The notes below the pieces were generated by a model, which did no database searches, was not told the origin of the DNA, and saw only the letters and a list, made by a program, of their open reading frames with translations. The position numbers were made by a program, and so were the translations under genes. From Enterobacteria phage KhF2: a stretch of DNA of 64,000 nucleotides. The stretch lies in sequence record KT184314.1. The stretch is one strand, 5' to 3'. The stretch's first letter is position 1; the number at the start of each line of letters is the position of its first letter. Of the stretch, positions 9,354 through 19,578 are shown piece after piece.

Positions 9354-10250
9354 TTAATCAAGGTTTGCTACAGTAACTTGGCTATAATGTGTTAAGCCAC
9401 GGTCTTTAGCTTCCCCTAAAGAGTTTGTAGTGTAGATATGGTCAATACCATTGTCAAGCAAGTTTTCAACATCTTTAGAGAAAATACCATGAGTTACATA
9501 GAGTTCCACACGTTTTGCACCTGCTTCACGAAGATGTTTGGCTGCTTCTATGAAGGTTCGACCTCCATCACAAATATCATCCAGAATCATGACAGTTTTA
9601 TCTGTCAAATCAACATCGTCAAGGATTCGCATACCAGTAATTTCACCAGTCTTAAGGTTACGCACCTTAGACATTGTGATGTATGGTTTATCCACCTCTT
9701 TAGCAGTCTCTGCAATCTTCTTAGCAGCACCTGCATCTGGGGCTACTAAGTAATCAATCAGTGGGTCATTTGCGTAGTGAACTGCAATCTCCTTTTGAGG
9801 AATACTCTGGAAGCAGTTAAACAGGTTATCTGGAACGTAACTGTGAGGGTCAACTGCACAGACTGCACCAAATCCCATTGCATTTACCTGTTTAGCAAAA
9901 ACCTTTAAAGCTGCTGCGTCGCCTTTAAACATGTGACGGTCATAACGTGCATTTGGTAAGTAGTAAAAGATGACAGTCTTTAAAGCATAATCATGAGGAA
10001 TTAAATCATCAATTGCTTCTTTAGCAAGTGCCACAGCAAACAATGTATCCTTATCATAACCTTTTACAATCATAATCACATTGTTGATGGATGATGCTGC
10101 ATAAGCAGTGAAATCAACAAACTCTGGCGAAAAGTGTCCACCAATCTCACCAGAAGGAAATTGGATGATGTTAAACTCTTCTTCATGAGTTCCTTTAGTT
10201 GGTGAATGAACTGTAACACGGATAGATGTTTTCATAGTTTTCTCTCTCAA
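9354..10250 (-). CDS. ribose-phosphate pyrophosphokinase-like enzyme (PRPP synthetase family; possibly Adps of NARP1)
   Basis: 298 aa; Prs motifs LVAPDAGAAKK and ILDDICDGGRT (PRPP-binding loop). Confidence 0.8.
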   Translation of the reverse strand: MREKTMKTSIRVTVHSPTKGTHEEEFNIIQFPSGEIGGHFSPEFVDFTAYAASSINNVIMIVKGYDKDTLFAVALAKEAIDDLIPHDYALKTVIFYYLPNARYDRHMFKGDAAALKVFAKQVNAMGFGAVCAVDPHSYVPDNLFNCFQSIPQKEIAVHYANDPLIDYLVAPDAGAAKKIAETAKEVDKPYITMSKVRNLKTGEITGMRILDDVDLTDKTVMILDDICDGGRTFIEAAKHLREAGAKRVELYVTHGIFSKDVENLLDNGIDHIYTTNSLGEAKDRGLTHYSQVTVANLD

Positions 10251-10525
10251 TCAAAAGTTACGTTTGTTACTGCCATTGCAGATTTGCATTTTGCAGGGTC
10301 TACAACGTGATAAAGTACACTACAGTTACCTGTGCTGTCTGGTACAGGTTTAACCCATTGTTGCTTGACAGTTGGTTCGCCTAAGTCTTTGTAAGAACCA
10401 TCTGTAAAGTTGTTTACCATCTCAAGTGCAATTGGCTCTGGAACATGACCACGTATCATGTACATTTCACAACCATTACCTCCTTCACTGACTAATGGTA
10501 AAATCTCCCACTTTTCTTTAGCCAT
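10247..10525 (-). CDS. hypothetical protein
   Basis: 92-aa ORF, stop/start overlap with neighbours. Confidence 0.5.
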   Translation of the reverse strand: MAKEKWEILPLVSEGGNGCEMYMIRGHVPEPIALEMVNNFTDGSYKDLGEPTVKQQWVKPVPDSTGNCSVLYHVVDPAKCKSAMAVTNVTFD

Positions 10526-11033
10526 TATAAGTTGCCCTATAAACTGTCTCGAACTTCAACAGGAGAGATATTGCCAAATCTGTATAGTTGTTGTCAAGCA
10601 CATCTGGCATATTATTTTTGATATATTTCTCTTGCTCTTCATAGGTCATCTTAGGGATACTTAGGAGGCTATCTCCTTGCTTCTGGTTATCAGTTTTAGT
10701 TTGGATAAACCAGTTCGCACAGTGATGTTCACCACCTTTTGTAACAGGTTTGTGGTGGCCTAGTGTAAATGTTTGCTTACCCGTATACCTGCAAAGATTG
10801 TTCAGTGTTGCAATGGTGTTCTTCACAACACACCATTCATACAGGTTATCTATTGTGTAGTGTGGGTAATAACGGACAAGTGCTCTTTCACGGAAGTTAT
10901 CACGATTCCAAAGAACCATGTGATTAGAATTTGAAGGGTCATATTTGTGGGAGTCTATAAACTCTTGACGCTCATCAAAGCTGAGTCTTAGAACTGACAT
11001 TGCAACCGAACGTTTCAGGTTTGACAGATACAT
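10518..11033 (-). CDS. putative HNH (His-Me finger) homing endonuclease
   Basis: motif GHHKPVTKGGEHHCANW resembles HNH core (HH...GG...N); free-standing between metabolic genes. Confidence 0.4.
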   Translation of the reverse strand: MYLSNLKRSVAMSVLRLSFDERQEFIDSHKYDPSNSNHMVLWNRDNFRERALVRYYPHYTIDNLYEWCVVKNTIATLNNLCRYTGKQTFTLGHHKPVTKGGEHHCANWFIQTKTDNQKQGDSLLSIPKMTYEEQEKYIKNNMPDVLDNNYTDLAISLLLKFETVYRATYNG

Positions 11034-11084
11034 TTTACCTCCAAAATAAAAAGGGAACCTTTACAGTCCCCTTATAGTATCTGT

Positions 11085-11405
11085 TTACTGAGCTACTTTC
11101 AAGATGCTTGTGAATGAAATATCACTCTCATCCATAAACTCTTTTGCTTCTCCAGTAACTTTCACAAAGTTATCTAGGCAGATAATCTTCTTATCTTTCT
11201 TGCTGTAGGTTAGCTTAACCTTTTCAATATCTTTCTTAGAGCTTTTCTCTTCATTAAAGAGTTTTACAGCTTCTTTGAATGGGAGGTATGAGCCATCATC
11301 ATCGCTAATAAAACCTGTACCACAATAGTAGAAGTTGTATTCTTTAGCCATAAACTGGCACAGTACGAAAATCTGTAATTTACGAGTGTTATAAACTTTG
11401 CTCAT
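11085..11405 (-). CDS. hypothetical protein
   Basis: 106-aa ORF. Confidence 0.5.
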   Translation of the reverse strand: MSKVYNTRKLQIFVLCQFMAKEYNFYYCGTGFISDDDGSYLPFKEAVKLFNEEKSSKKDIEKVKLTYSKKDKKIICLDNFVKVTGEAKEFMDESDISFTSILKVAQ

Positions 11406-11407
11406 GG

Positions 11408-11674
11408 TTATTTAACCTTCTTGTTACGTTTACGGTTACGAGCTTTCTTAGCTGCTCGTTTAATAGCTGCTGCACCAGATTGGCGGTGGGCTTGTTTCTT
11501 ACCACCTTTACCACGTCCTACGTAGATGTAAGGATGCTGTTCAATTTGGCTTGCAAGAACCTGTGCAACCGCTGAAGCATCTACACCGACCTGCTTTCCA
11601 GTCATAGAAACAATTGCTGCTGCTTTTTCCAGTGCCTTCAAGAATCCAGCTTTCATATTACCTAAAATTCCCAT
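11408..11674 (-). CDS. hypothetical protein with strongly basic C-terminal tail
   Basis: 88 aa; C-terminus KRAAKKARNRKRNKKVK suggests nucleic-acid binding. Confidence 0.5.
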   Translation of the reverse strand: MGILGNMKAGFLKALEKAAAIVSMTGKQVGVDASAVAQVLASQIEQHPYIYVGRGKGGKKQAHRQSGAAAIKRAAKKARNRKRNKKVK

Positions 11675-11770
11675 TTTTAGTCTCTCTCATTAAAGTTTAA
11701 TACAGAACTTATGAAGTTCTTCTTCAGTGATACCAATTGGAGTTATACCTTAGTCCATTTGCCAGAATAA

Positions 11771-12256
11771 TCACTCTGCTCTCCACTGACAATCACCTTG
11801 CCATCCGTACTCTTTTCTCCAGAGGTTTTGGTTATCTGAACCACGATACGGTTTAACTGTTGGTTTAGATGAATCATACTTACCATCAATCACCACGTCA
11901 ACATATTTCATCACATCAAGGTGAATTTTTTCATGTAACTGAAAACCTGTCCAGAGCCAGATAGATTTTTCTGGGTAAACGGTTTTAATACGTTTGCATA
12001 TGTTGGTAACCTCTTGAATGTTTCTATCATCCAGAGGTTCTCCACCAAGTATTGACAGCCCACTGATGGCATTATCATCCATTAACTTAATGATGCCATA
12101 AAGGTTTGCATAAGTGAACTCTTTACCAGCATTAAACTTCCAAGATTCCTTATTAAAGCAACCTTCACAGTGATGCTTACAACCAGCTACGAAGAGGCTT
12201 ACACGAACCCCTTCACCATTAGCTGTGTCAAATGGTCGAATCTCCATGTAATTCAT
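11771..12256 (-). CDS. nrdG: anaerobic ribonucleotide reductase activating protein (radical SAM)
   Basis: 161 aa; radical-SAM cysteine cluster CKHHCEGC near N-terminus; located near nrdD. Confidence 0.8.
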   Translation of the reverse strand: MNYMEIRPFDTANGEGVRVSLFVAGCKHHCEGCFNKESWKFNAGKEFTYANLYGIIKLMDDNAISGLSILGGEPLDDRNIQEVTNICKRIKTVYPEKSIWLWTGFQLHEKIHLDVMKYVDVVIDGKYDSSKPTVKPYRGSDNQNLWRKEYGWQGDCQWRAE

Positions 12257-12265
12257 CTAGTTACC

Positions 12266-12565
12266 TCACCAATACATATAAGTGTTCTTAGCGGCTTTCT
12301 TTGGAGACTTGCTATCAATATCAAAATCTTCATCTAAGAAGGATGTCTTAGAAAGCTGCCTTATTTGTGTTCTTGTAAGACGTTTAGTGGCCTTCTTAAT
12401 CTCTCTACAAGGCTGGCTTGTGAAGTCGTAAGAGCCACCTTTTCTGGACATCATATCAGAATGGAAGTAGACATCTGAAGCATTTTCTCTGTTACGTACC
12501 TCATTTCTCCACTCATAGAGTCCATGAACGTTCTTTAAACCTTTTCTTCGAATTGTTTTACTCAT
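12266..12565 (-). CDS. hypothetical protein
   Basis: 99-aa ORF. Confidence 0.5.
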   Translation of the reverse strand: MSKTIRRKGLKNVHGLYEWRNEVRNRENASDVYFHSDMMSRKGGSYDFTSQPCREIKKATKRLTRTQIRQLSKTSFLDEDFDIDSKSPKKAAKNTYMYW

Positions 12566-12957
12566 TCAAACACCACCTGACAAGGAACCTGTTTAGTAAT
12601 AAATTCTTCACAGTGCTCTTTAATGAAGTTTTGTAGTGGCACACAGTCTTGTGCACAAGTCATTAGCATAATGTACTCTGGATTCATAATATTTTCAAGA
12701 CTGTAGAAGACAACATCGTCAGATAGCTCGTGACCATCTTCTTCACTCCACGTTCCAGTGACTACAGCTAATTTATCAAGCAATTCATTAGGCAATGCTA
12801 CACCATCTTCTACGGAATCGCTTAGAACGTTGTCGCTGATATACAATGTGAAGGCCGTATGGAATGTTGAGTATTTTACGTGATTCTTTTCGCAAGAGCC
12901 ACACTCTGAGGCGTAATCTTTAATCCACTCTAACTGTTTTTGGTTTAACTTAATCAT
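12562..12957 (-). CDS. hypothetical protein
   Basis: 131-aa ORF, start/stop overlaps. Confidence 0.5.
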   Translation of the reverse strand: MIKLNQKQLEWIKDYASECGSCEKNHVKYSTFHTAFTLYISDNVLSDSVEDGVALPNELLDKLAVVTGTWSEEDGHELSDDVVFYSLENIMNPEYIMLMTCAQDCVPLQNFIKEHCEEFITKQVPCQVVFE

Positions 12958-13154
12958 AATTTCACCTTAGTTGGTAATGCACTGAATGCTATAGCTAACC
13001 CTAAAAATGGTTTGAAGCATGACCATAAATCCATCTGACCATGATATGATAAACTCCATTGTGGGTCTGAAAAACCCCATAACATAACACTAACCCCAAA
13101 GAAGAAGATTAGAATGTGGAGTATGTATATCATCGTTTTTGATATCTTAAACAT
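12954..13154 (-). CDS. small two-TM membrane protein (holin-like topology)
   Basis: 66 aa with two hydrophobic helices and charged C-terminus. Confidence 0.4.
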   Translation of the reverse strand: MFKISKTMIYILHILIFFFGVSVMLWGFSDPQWSLSYHGQMDLWSCFKPFLGLAIAFSALPTKVKL

Positions 13155-13260
13155 TTTAACTTATCTCTCAATTCACAATAAGAGAGTCCTAAAAAGAACC
13201 CTAGTAAGACAGAACCTATGAATAGGCCAATGATGTTCTCTGCCATATCTAACATCCAAT

Positions 13261-13299
13261 AAAAAAGGTGATGCAAGCCTATCAAGACCCACATCACCT
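13261..13299 (-). terminator. putative terminator after nrdD
   Basis: 9-bp stem AAGGTGATG/CATCACCTT with long loop, followed on minus transcript by U6. Confidence 0.4.
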
Positions 13300-13308
13300 T
13301 GTCAAGTT

Positions 13309-15453
13309 TTACATAGAAATTCTGTCACGAATCTCAGCGATTTTTGCATCATTCATTCGAGATTCACCTTTAATCTTAGTCCACCCAAGATATCCGCACA
13401 CCCTGTTAATCACAGAGATGTCGTGTGAATGGCAAACCTCACATTCTTCAACATCAGCCTTTGGTCTGTTACCACAATGTTCACAGATTGCTAAGTCAAA
13501 GTTAAGTCCCTGATAAAAACCCTTCAACATCCCTCTGGTAATACAACTTTTAAGTGCTGGCAAGTTTTCTGGGTTAGCTACCCTTACATACTGGATTCTG
13601 CCGCCTCTACAGATATGGAAGAATGGCTCTTCTAAGTCCTGCTTCTCAAATGGTGAGATGTCTGCTGCAACATTCATATGGAAACTGTTTGTAAAGTATT
13701 CCTTGTCAGAGACACCTTTAATGACGCCAAACATATCTCTGAACTGTTTTAACTGAGTTCCACAAAGTGATTCTGCTGGAGTGCCATATACCGCATACAA
13801 GAAGCCATCTTCGTTCTTAAACTCTTCAGTTTTCATGTTGATGTATTCCAGAACATCATATGCAAAACTATAGCCTCCAACTTCATGAAGTCGTTTACCT
13901 TCAGCAAGAACAGACAGCTCATCAAGAGCAGTAACCCCAAAAGAAGCTGTGAAGGACTTCACGATATCCCAACCAACCTTGTCAGTAGGTTTCTTAGTCC
14001 CTTTGTACAGACCACCTTGTGTGAATGCAAGAGGGTTAGAACTTGCTGGCATATTAGCAATCATTTCGTAGCGTTTCTTGTGGAAGCTGCGAATCATCTC
14101 TAGGTACTTATCAAGCTCTTTCCAGAAATCTAAACCATTCTCTTTAGAATACTGGTAAATCATTGGTAAGTTCAAAGATACAGCACCAATGTTAGCACGA
14201 CCAACGTAGAACTCTTCCCCATCCTCGTTAAGATATGGAGATAAGAAGGCTCTACAACCCATCGGCGAGATTACCTTGCCAGAACGCTCAAAAGCTTCTG
14301 CTACAGCACCATGACCAGATACACTTAAGAAATCTGGATACATCGCTTTAGAGCAACACTCTATAGCTTTACTGTACAGGTGGCCTTGACAGATATTCTC
14401 ATTATGTCTCTTCTGGTCATAAATATAAACCAGTTTAGGGAATACAACAGGTTTCTTGCTCTTACCTTGTCCATTCATACGAACATCTAGGAGAGTACTT
14501 GCAATCATATATTGCAGTCGGTTATCTTCATTAGACATATCTGAGTCAAGTAACCCGAATGTCAAAGTTGTAAATGCAAAATCCCCACGGCTACAAGGTA
14601 CGGTATTTAGTTTCATTTCAAGTGACTGGAAACCTTGAGTTAGTTCAATCTGTAGCTGCTCCATTACATAATTGTGGTAATGCTCTTTAGGAATACCATA
14701 AGATGATGCTTTCTCAGCATGATAGCGTAGAGACTTCTTAGCATACGGTACAAGTACCTTATCAATCTCTGCTAAAGTAAAACCACCAAATTGCTGTGCA
14801 GTTGCTGAAAGTACTACGTCACCAATAACCTGCAACGCTGACAGTACAGATTTAGGTTCACAGTACTCAATGCCGGACATTTCAAAGCCACCTTTTAGTA
14901 CTTTACCAATGTCAAACAGGCAACAGTTAATACCACCAAAAATCAGGTCTCTCAAATCGTGGATATAGATAAAGCCTTTCTCAATGGCTTCAAGTTCCTC
15001 TGGTGTTAGATGATACTGTTTAAATATTTCTTTAGTCAGGTAACCACGGATAATTGAACCTTTCGTAGAAATTAAACTGCTGTCAAAGTTAGCATTTTCA
15101 CGGTCACCTAAGAAGAGTGTATCTTTAGTCTTCTGGTAGAGTTCGTCCCAATTTTGAGCAACCTCTTTACGGTAATTTCTGTATGTTGAGTAAGACTCAT
15201 AAATCTCGTGATTGACCTCTGCCAAAGCACCTTCAACAATACTGTGAATATCATTTACCGAGATAAGCAAATTATTCTGCTTAGTGGACTTTACCAAAAT
15301 CCTCATGAATGCTGACTCAAGAGCTTGGGTAACATCTGGTGGAAGTTCTTTATATCCAACCCTGTTAGCTGACTTAGCTACTGCTGCTAAAACTTTTTTG
15401 ATATCGGGTTCTTCAAGTGAGCCGTTCTTTTTAATAATCTGTACTTTGTTCAT
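13309..15453 (-). CDS. nrdD: anaerobic ribonucleoside-triphosphate reductase
   Basis: 714 aa; C-terminal Zn-ribbon CEHCG...CEVCHSHD and glycyl-radical motif RVCGYLG. Confidence 0.85.
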   Translation of the reverse strand: MNKVQIIKKNGSLEEPDIKKVLAAVAKSANRVGYKELPPDVTQALESAFMRILVKSTKQNNLLISVNDIHSIVEGALAEVNHEIYESYSTYRNYRKEVAQNWDELYQKTKDTLFLGDRENANFDSSLISTKGSIIRGYLTKEIFKQYHLTPEELEAIEKGFIYIHDLRDLIFGGINCCLFDIGKVLKGGFEMSGIEYCEPKSVLSALQVIGDVVLSATAQQFGGFTLAEIDKVLVPYAKKSLRYHAEKASSYGIPKEHYHNYVMEQLQIELTQGFQSLEMKLNTVPCSRGDFAFTTLTFGLLDSDMSNEDNRLQYMIASTLLDVRMNGQGKSKKPVVFPKLVYIYDQKRHNENICQGHLYSKAIECCSKAMYPDFLSVSGHGAVAEAFERSGKVISPMGCRAFLSPYLNEDGEEFYVGRANIGAVSLNLPMIYQYSKENGLDFWKELDKYLEMIRSFHKKRYEMIANMPASSNPLAFTQGGLYKGTKKPTDKVGWDIVKSFTASFGVTALDELSVLAEGKRLHEVGGYSFAYDVLEYINMKTEEFKNEDGFLYAVYGTPAESLCGTQLKQFRDMFGVIKGVSDKEYFTNSFHMNVAADISPFEKQDLEEPFFHICRGGRIQYVRVANPENLPALKSCITRGMLKGFYQGLNFDLAICEHCGNRPKADVEECEVCHSHDISVINRVCGYLGWTKIKGESRMNDAKIAEIRDRISM

Positions 15454-15472
15454 TATTGCCCCTTTACATGCT

Positions 15473-15493
15473 AAAAAGGTCTCCGAAGAGACC
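15473..15493 (-). terminator. rho-independent terminator (GGTCTC-CGAA-GAGACC plus T-run)
   Basis: perfect hairpin with A5 5' on plus strand; sits between 68-aa ORF and nrdD. Confidence 0.55.
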
Positions 15494-15501
15494 CTTTCAT
15501 T

Positions 15502-15708
15502 TTAAATCTTTTTAGAAAACTTAGAAACGAGTTTTCTCAGTTTTTCAGTGATGCCTAGCTGTATCTCTAATATTTCGAAGATAACCCATAGTAACATGGC
15601 TCCAAACAATGAACCTTGTTCAAAGTCAGTAAATAGGTTAACAATAAGCATACCAATCACAATAGCTGGTGCATCAACAACCAAACCTTCCCAAAGGCGT
15701 TTAAGCAT
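15502..15708 (-). CDS. small two-TM membrane protein (holin-like topology)
   Basis: 68 aa, two hydrophobic segments, basic C-terminus KLRKLVSKFSKKI. Confidence 0.4.
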   Translation of the reverse strand: MLKRLWEGLVVDAPAIVIGMLIVNLFTDFEQGSLFGAMLLWVIFEILEIQLGITEKLRKLVSKFSKKI

Positions 15709-15943
15709 TATTCACCTCTGCCATAAAATTCTGTAGCGTTCCAACAGGTTTTAGGTTTTGTCCATCAGTTTTCATGATGAACGGCATCTGACGAACTGGC
15801 ATCTGTGCAATATCCATCAGGTCTGACAGTTCATAATCCTGCCCTAACATTCTCACAACATGGTCAATACCACGAGCTTTTGCAAAATTCTTTGCAGTCT
15901 CACACTGAGGGCATCCAGTTTTGGAGTAAATCACATAAGTCAT
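15701..15943 (-). CDS. glutaredoxin-like redoxin (NrdH/NrdC-type hydrogen donor for RNR)
   Basis: 80 aa; CPQC active-site motif at residues 11-14; immediately downstream of nrdB. Confidence 0.7.
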   Translation of the reverse strand: MTYVIYSKTGCPQCETAKNFAKARGIDHVVRMLGQDYELSDLMDIAQMPVRQMPFIMKTDGQNLKPVGTLQNFMAEVNNA

Positions 15944-17016
15944 TAAGGAACCTCTAAAAATCCACTATTCAAATCATCTACAATAGTATTCAACAGGTAC
16001 GCACCGTTCTGTTGCTCCTGATTAGCATTCTGCTCTTTATCAATTTCCATCTTCTTAATCATATACTTCAAAGGTGGTTCTTTAGGAGCTACAAAATCTC
16101 TGGGAATGCCAAACATATCATACAGTGGGGCAGCATTATAGTAAACCCACTCATGAAGAAGCTTTGTATTTAAGCCAACTACAGCACGTCCTTCGGAGAA
16201 GATATAATACGACCATTTCTCTTCACTTTCAACTACTTCATCTAAGATTACTTTAATCTCTGGAAGAATTTGTTGAAAAGCTTTCTGCCACTCATCATCT
16301 CTTAAAGTTTCTTTTAAAACTTCAATATCAATTTTAGTGTGAAGGATTTCATCAAGCATAATCTTCTGCACAGCTTGAGCAATACCCTGAAATTTATCTT
16401 GAGCATCAAGTGCAAAAGTACATGCAAAGGATGCCATAAAAGATATACCTTCCAGTGCAGTCACTGCAAATAGACCTTTTAGAATCACTTTATGGAAGTG
16501 TAAAGGGTCTTTGTCCAGAAGCGAATCACGCACATAACTCAGGCGATAGTTTATACCTTCATCCAGTAATTCTTCAAGAACACGATTCACAGTTTTTAAT
16601 CGGTCTTGCACAGCAACATTCTGGTTAATCTCATCTAAGATTGTTTCAGGGTTTTTAATACATTGTCTTACAATCTCTGAGTAAGTAAGAGCATGTAGGT
16701 TTTCAATCTCAGACTGCTTCATAATTGCAGTTGCATAGATGTCATCAGAGATAAAGGGTGCAAAGGCAAATGCCAAGCTCTTAGCAACTTGAGTGTCTGC
16801 TTCCCATTGCCACTTAAGAATCTCAAGCATTACACCTGACATTGATGCTGGAACACTCTCAAAATCAAGACGTGATTGTTCAAAAGGGAACTCATCTTCT
16901 GACCAGTCTTGTGCTTTTTGTTGTTTATAAAGTTCAAAGATTTTTGGGTAGTGCTTATTAAGTGAGTCAAAAGTTTTTCTCTCACCACCTAAAAAGATTG
17001 GGTGCTGGTTAATCAT
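15943..17016 (-). CDS. nrdB: ribonucleotide reductase class I beta subunit
   Basis: ferritin-like di-iron protein length; start set at MINQHP immediately after stop of upstream ORF (track ORF extends 20 codons further). Confidence 0.8.
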   Translation of the reverse strand: MINQHPIFLGGERKTFDSLNKHYPKIFELYKQQKAQDWSEDEFPFEQSRLDFESVPASMSGVMLEILKWQWEADTQVAKSLAFAFAPFISDDIYATAIMKQSEIENLHALTYSEIVRQCIKNPETILDEINQNVAVQDRLKTVNRVLEELLDEGINYRLSYVRDSLLDKDPLHFHKVILKGLFAVTALEGISFMASFACTFALDAQDKFQGIAQAVQKIMLDEILHTKIDIEVLKETLRDDEWQKAFQQILPEIKVILDEVVESEEKWSYYIFSEGRAVVGLNTKLLHEWVYYNAAPLYDMFGIPRDFVAPKEPPLKYMIKKMEIDKEQNANQEQQNGAYLLNTIVDDLNSGFLEVP

Positions 17017-17270
17017 AGCGTGATTTCTCCTTTCTTTATCATTTCTAAGGCTTGTTTTCTGTCTAAAACTTCCCAATTTTCTTTGTTAAACATCTCATAA
17101 GGTCTTGCGTAAATTTTACCATCTGCTGTAGAGATATAAGAGGCTCCAGTGACCCATAAGTCATCATTCTGCTTTATCATGATACCTGTGCTGCTCACAT
17201 AGTACAATGTTTTGCGGGGTTTGTAGAGCAAGTATATTGGTCGCTCATGTTTTTCTATTAAATCTTTCAT
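17013..17270 (-). CDS. hypothetical protein between nrdA and nrdB
   Basis: start MKDLIEK preceded by SD GGAGAG; upstream part of track ORF overlaps nrdA. Confidence 0.45.
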   Translation of the reverse strand: MKDLIEKHERPIYLLYKPRKTLYYVSSTGIMIKQNDDLWVTGASYISTADGKIYARPYEMFNKENWEVLDRKQALEMIKKGEITL

Positions 17271-17325
17271 GGTCTCTCCAAAGTTATTTTTAGAGGGTCT
17301 TTTACGACCCTCATAATTGTTAAAA

Positions 17326-19560
17326 CTAAACACCACAACCCTCGCAATAAGCATCTTGCAGTGCAGATTTACCTACACCAATGCGACTGTTAAGGTAGTA
17401 CATAGTTTTCATACCTACTGAGTTAGCATAAATCATGTACTTCAAAGCTTGAGCCAATGATACCTTCTTAGCTTTTGCGTAGTCAACATAGAAATCTGAA
17501 GAGATAGCTTGACCAGTGAACTTTTGAACAATTGCATAACAATCAATCAGGTCAAAGGTGTCAATATCCCAAGCAATTTCATAGACATACTTCAACTCTT
17601 CGTAATCTGGAACAATAAACAGTACGTTACCAGTTGCAGACTTTTTAGTTAAAATAAAGTCACGAATTGGGTACAAGCCGTTTGTCGTATTAGTTGCCAG
17701 TGAAGAACTCTCATTAGGCATGTAAGCCTCTAATACAGAGTTACGGATTCCACCATTTTCTTTAATACGTTGTGCTAAGTCATCCCAATCATAACGAAGT
17801 TTTGCATCATGCTTCTCATCAATCTTCTTGTTAGCTGTCTTTGGAGGAACCCAGCCTTCAGGATACTTAGTGAACTGCATATACTCAGGTACACCACGTT
17901 CTTTAGCAAGTCTTAAAGAAGCTTCGTGTAAGTAGTAAGAGTGCATTTCAGCAAGCTCATGAAGCTTCGTCTTACCTGCTCTTGAAGAGTAGTTCACGTA
18001 GTTTTTTGCAAGGTAATGAGCCACATTTGTAAGGCCAATACCAACAGAACGACGCTTCTGAACATGGTTACGCATCGACGGATACGGATAATCCATAAGG
18101 TCAATAACGGAGTCAACCATTGCAAGAGCATAATAAGCAACGTCAGCGTATTCATCTTCTGAAATTCTCCCTGCAACCAAACTAGCTAGGAAGCAAAGAG
18201 CTACCTCACCATCCTCTTTCACAGCATCATCTCTGTAAAGGTCTGTCTCTTTCTCAAAGCCGTACACTGGCAACACAATTTCCATACAAAGATTTGACAT
18301 CTTCAAAGGTTCTTTAAATGGCGTATGTGTGTTTGCATTATTCGTGAAGAATGGGTACACACGGCCTGTTGCATAACGCTGCTGGATAAACAGTTTAGCA
18401 ATTTCACGAGCCTTTACTCGTCTGTGCTTAACACCTGAATGGACTGCGTGACCAACTGCCATAGCAAACTCATCAGCAGATGCTGTGTAGAACATGTCAT
18501 AGAGTTTTGGTGCATCCTTGTAAGAGAATAGCAACCAGTCTGTATCATATTGAACACACTGCCAGAAATAATCATTTGTACCAAATGAGTAGTCCATCTC
18601 GTTAATACGTTTCGAAGGAACCGTTGTAGGGTGCTTCAAACGCAGTAAATCTTCAATCTGCGGGTCTAGAGCAGTATAGAAGTTGTTAGCTGAACCACCA
18701 CGACTCTTCTGTTTGTTTGCCTCTACAGATGAACGTACAAGCTTGTAATAAGGTAGCTTACCCATGTGTTCAATAGTATTTTGACGGATACCATCACCAA
18801 TAGTGCGAGTCTCCATCAGCATCCCGATACCAGCTTGCTTTGTAGTCATATCATAAGCAACCTTTGCAGCAATACCGAGAGATTCAGCGGTATCATTCGC
18901 CTTAATCAAACAGCATGACGCATAACCTGATTTAGTGGCTCTTAAACCATTCAGGTAAGGAGTAGGAGCGTTAATCTTCAGGTCAGATAGGTAAGTGTAC
19001 AGCTTGATAACATCTTGCAGTCTACGGTGCTTTGGTTGCTTCTCAAAGGCTTTCATAGCCATACCCATAAACATAAATTGTGGTGACTCAAAAAGTCTTC
19101 CCGTTTTAATATCACGGATACCATACTTGTCTCTGAACTGTTTCAGGACTGCATAACCATAAGAGATATCTTTTGAGTGCACAATGTACCCTTGCAGGTA
19201 TTCAAGCTCTTCCTGAGAATAGTCCATCTTCTCCCAAAGTCCTGCTCTCTCCATATTTTTAACGAAGGTAACCAGCGTAGGAACCTTAGTAAAACCTCCA
19301 AAGGCTTCTTTGTAGATAATTCCCAGAAGTAGCCGTCCAGCCATATCTGAGTACTCTTGAGTTTGTTTATCAACACAAACATCAATCATGGCTTGGTGCA
19401 TCTCTTTTGTAGTGCAACCTTCATAGACACGTTTCATGGCTTCCATAGTGACTTCTGACCAGATGATTCCGCGCTTATCTGCCCATGATGCCCACTTATT
19501 CAGTCTTTCTGGGTCAAAGCTTACTACTGTACCGTTTGATTTTTTAATTGTCTTAATCAT
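17326..19560 (-). CDS. nrdA: ribonucleotide reductase class I alpha subunit
   Basis: 744 aa; N-terminal ATP-cone-like region; C-terminal Cys pair CEGCG; adjacent nrdB. Confidence 0.85.
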   Translation of the reverse strand: MIKTIKKSNGTVVSFDPERLNKWASWADKRGIIWSEVTMEAMKRVYEGCTTKEMHQAMIDVCVDKQTQEYSDMAGRLLLGIIYKEAFGGFTKVPTLVTFVKNMERAGLWEKMDYSQEELEYLQGYIVHSKDISYGYAVLKQFRDKYGIRDIKTGRLFESPQFMFMGMAMKAFEKQPKHRRLQDVIKLYTYLSDLKINAPTPYLNGLRATKSGYASCCLIKANDTAESLGIAAKVAYDMTTKQAGIGMLMETRTIGDGIRQNTIEHMGKLPYYKLVRSSVEANKQKSRGGSANNFYTALDPQIEDLLRLKHPTTVPSKRINEMDYSFGTNDYFWQCVQYDTDWLLFSYKDAPKLYDMFYTASADEFAMAVGHAVHSGVKHRRVKAREIAKLFIQQRYATGRVYPFFTNNANTHTPFKEPLKMSNLCMEIVLPVYGFEKETDLYRDDAVKEDGEVALCFLASLVAGRISEDEYADVAYYALAMVDSVIDLMDYPYPSMRNHVQKRRSVGIGLTNVAHYLAKNYVNYSSRAGKTKLHELAEMHSYYLHEASLRLAKERGVPEYMQFTKYPEGWVPPKTANKKIDEKHDAKLRYDWDDLAQRIKENGGIRNSVLEAYMPNESSSLATNTTNGLYPIRDFILTKKSATGNVLFIVPDYEELKYVYEIAWDIDTFDLIDCYAIVQKFTGQAISSDFYVDYAKAKKVSLAQALKYMIYANSVGMKTMYYLNSRIGVGKSALQDAYCEGCGV

Positions 19561-19578
19561 TTTTGAATCCTACAGATG

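Noticed and set aside
13132-13246. 38-aa hydrophobic minus-strand ORF between nrdD terminator and 66-aa membrane ORF
   Set aside because: Very short, weak SD, overlaps the next ORF start; insufficient support.
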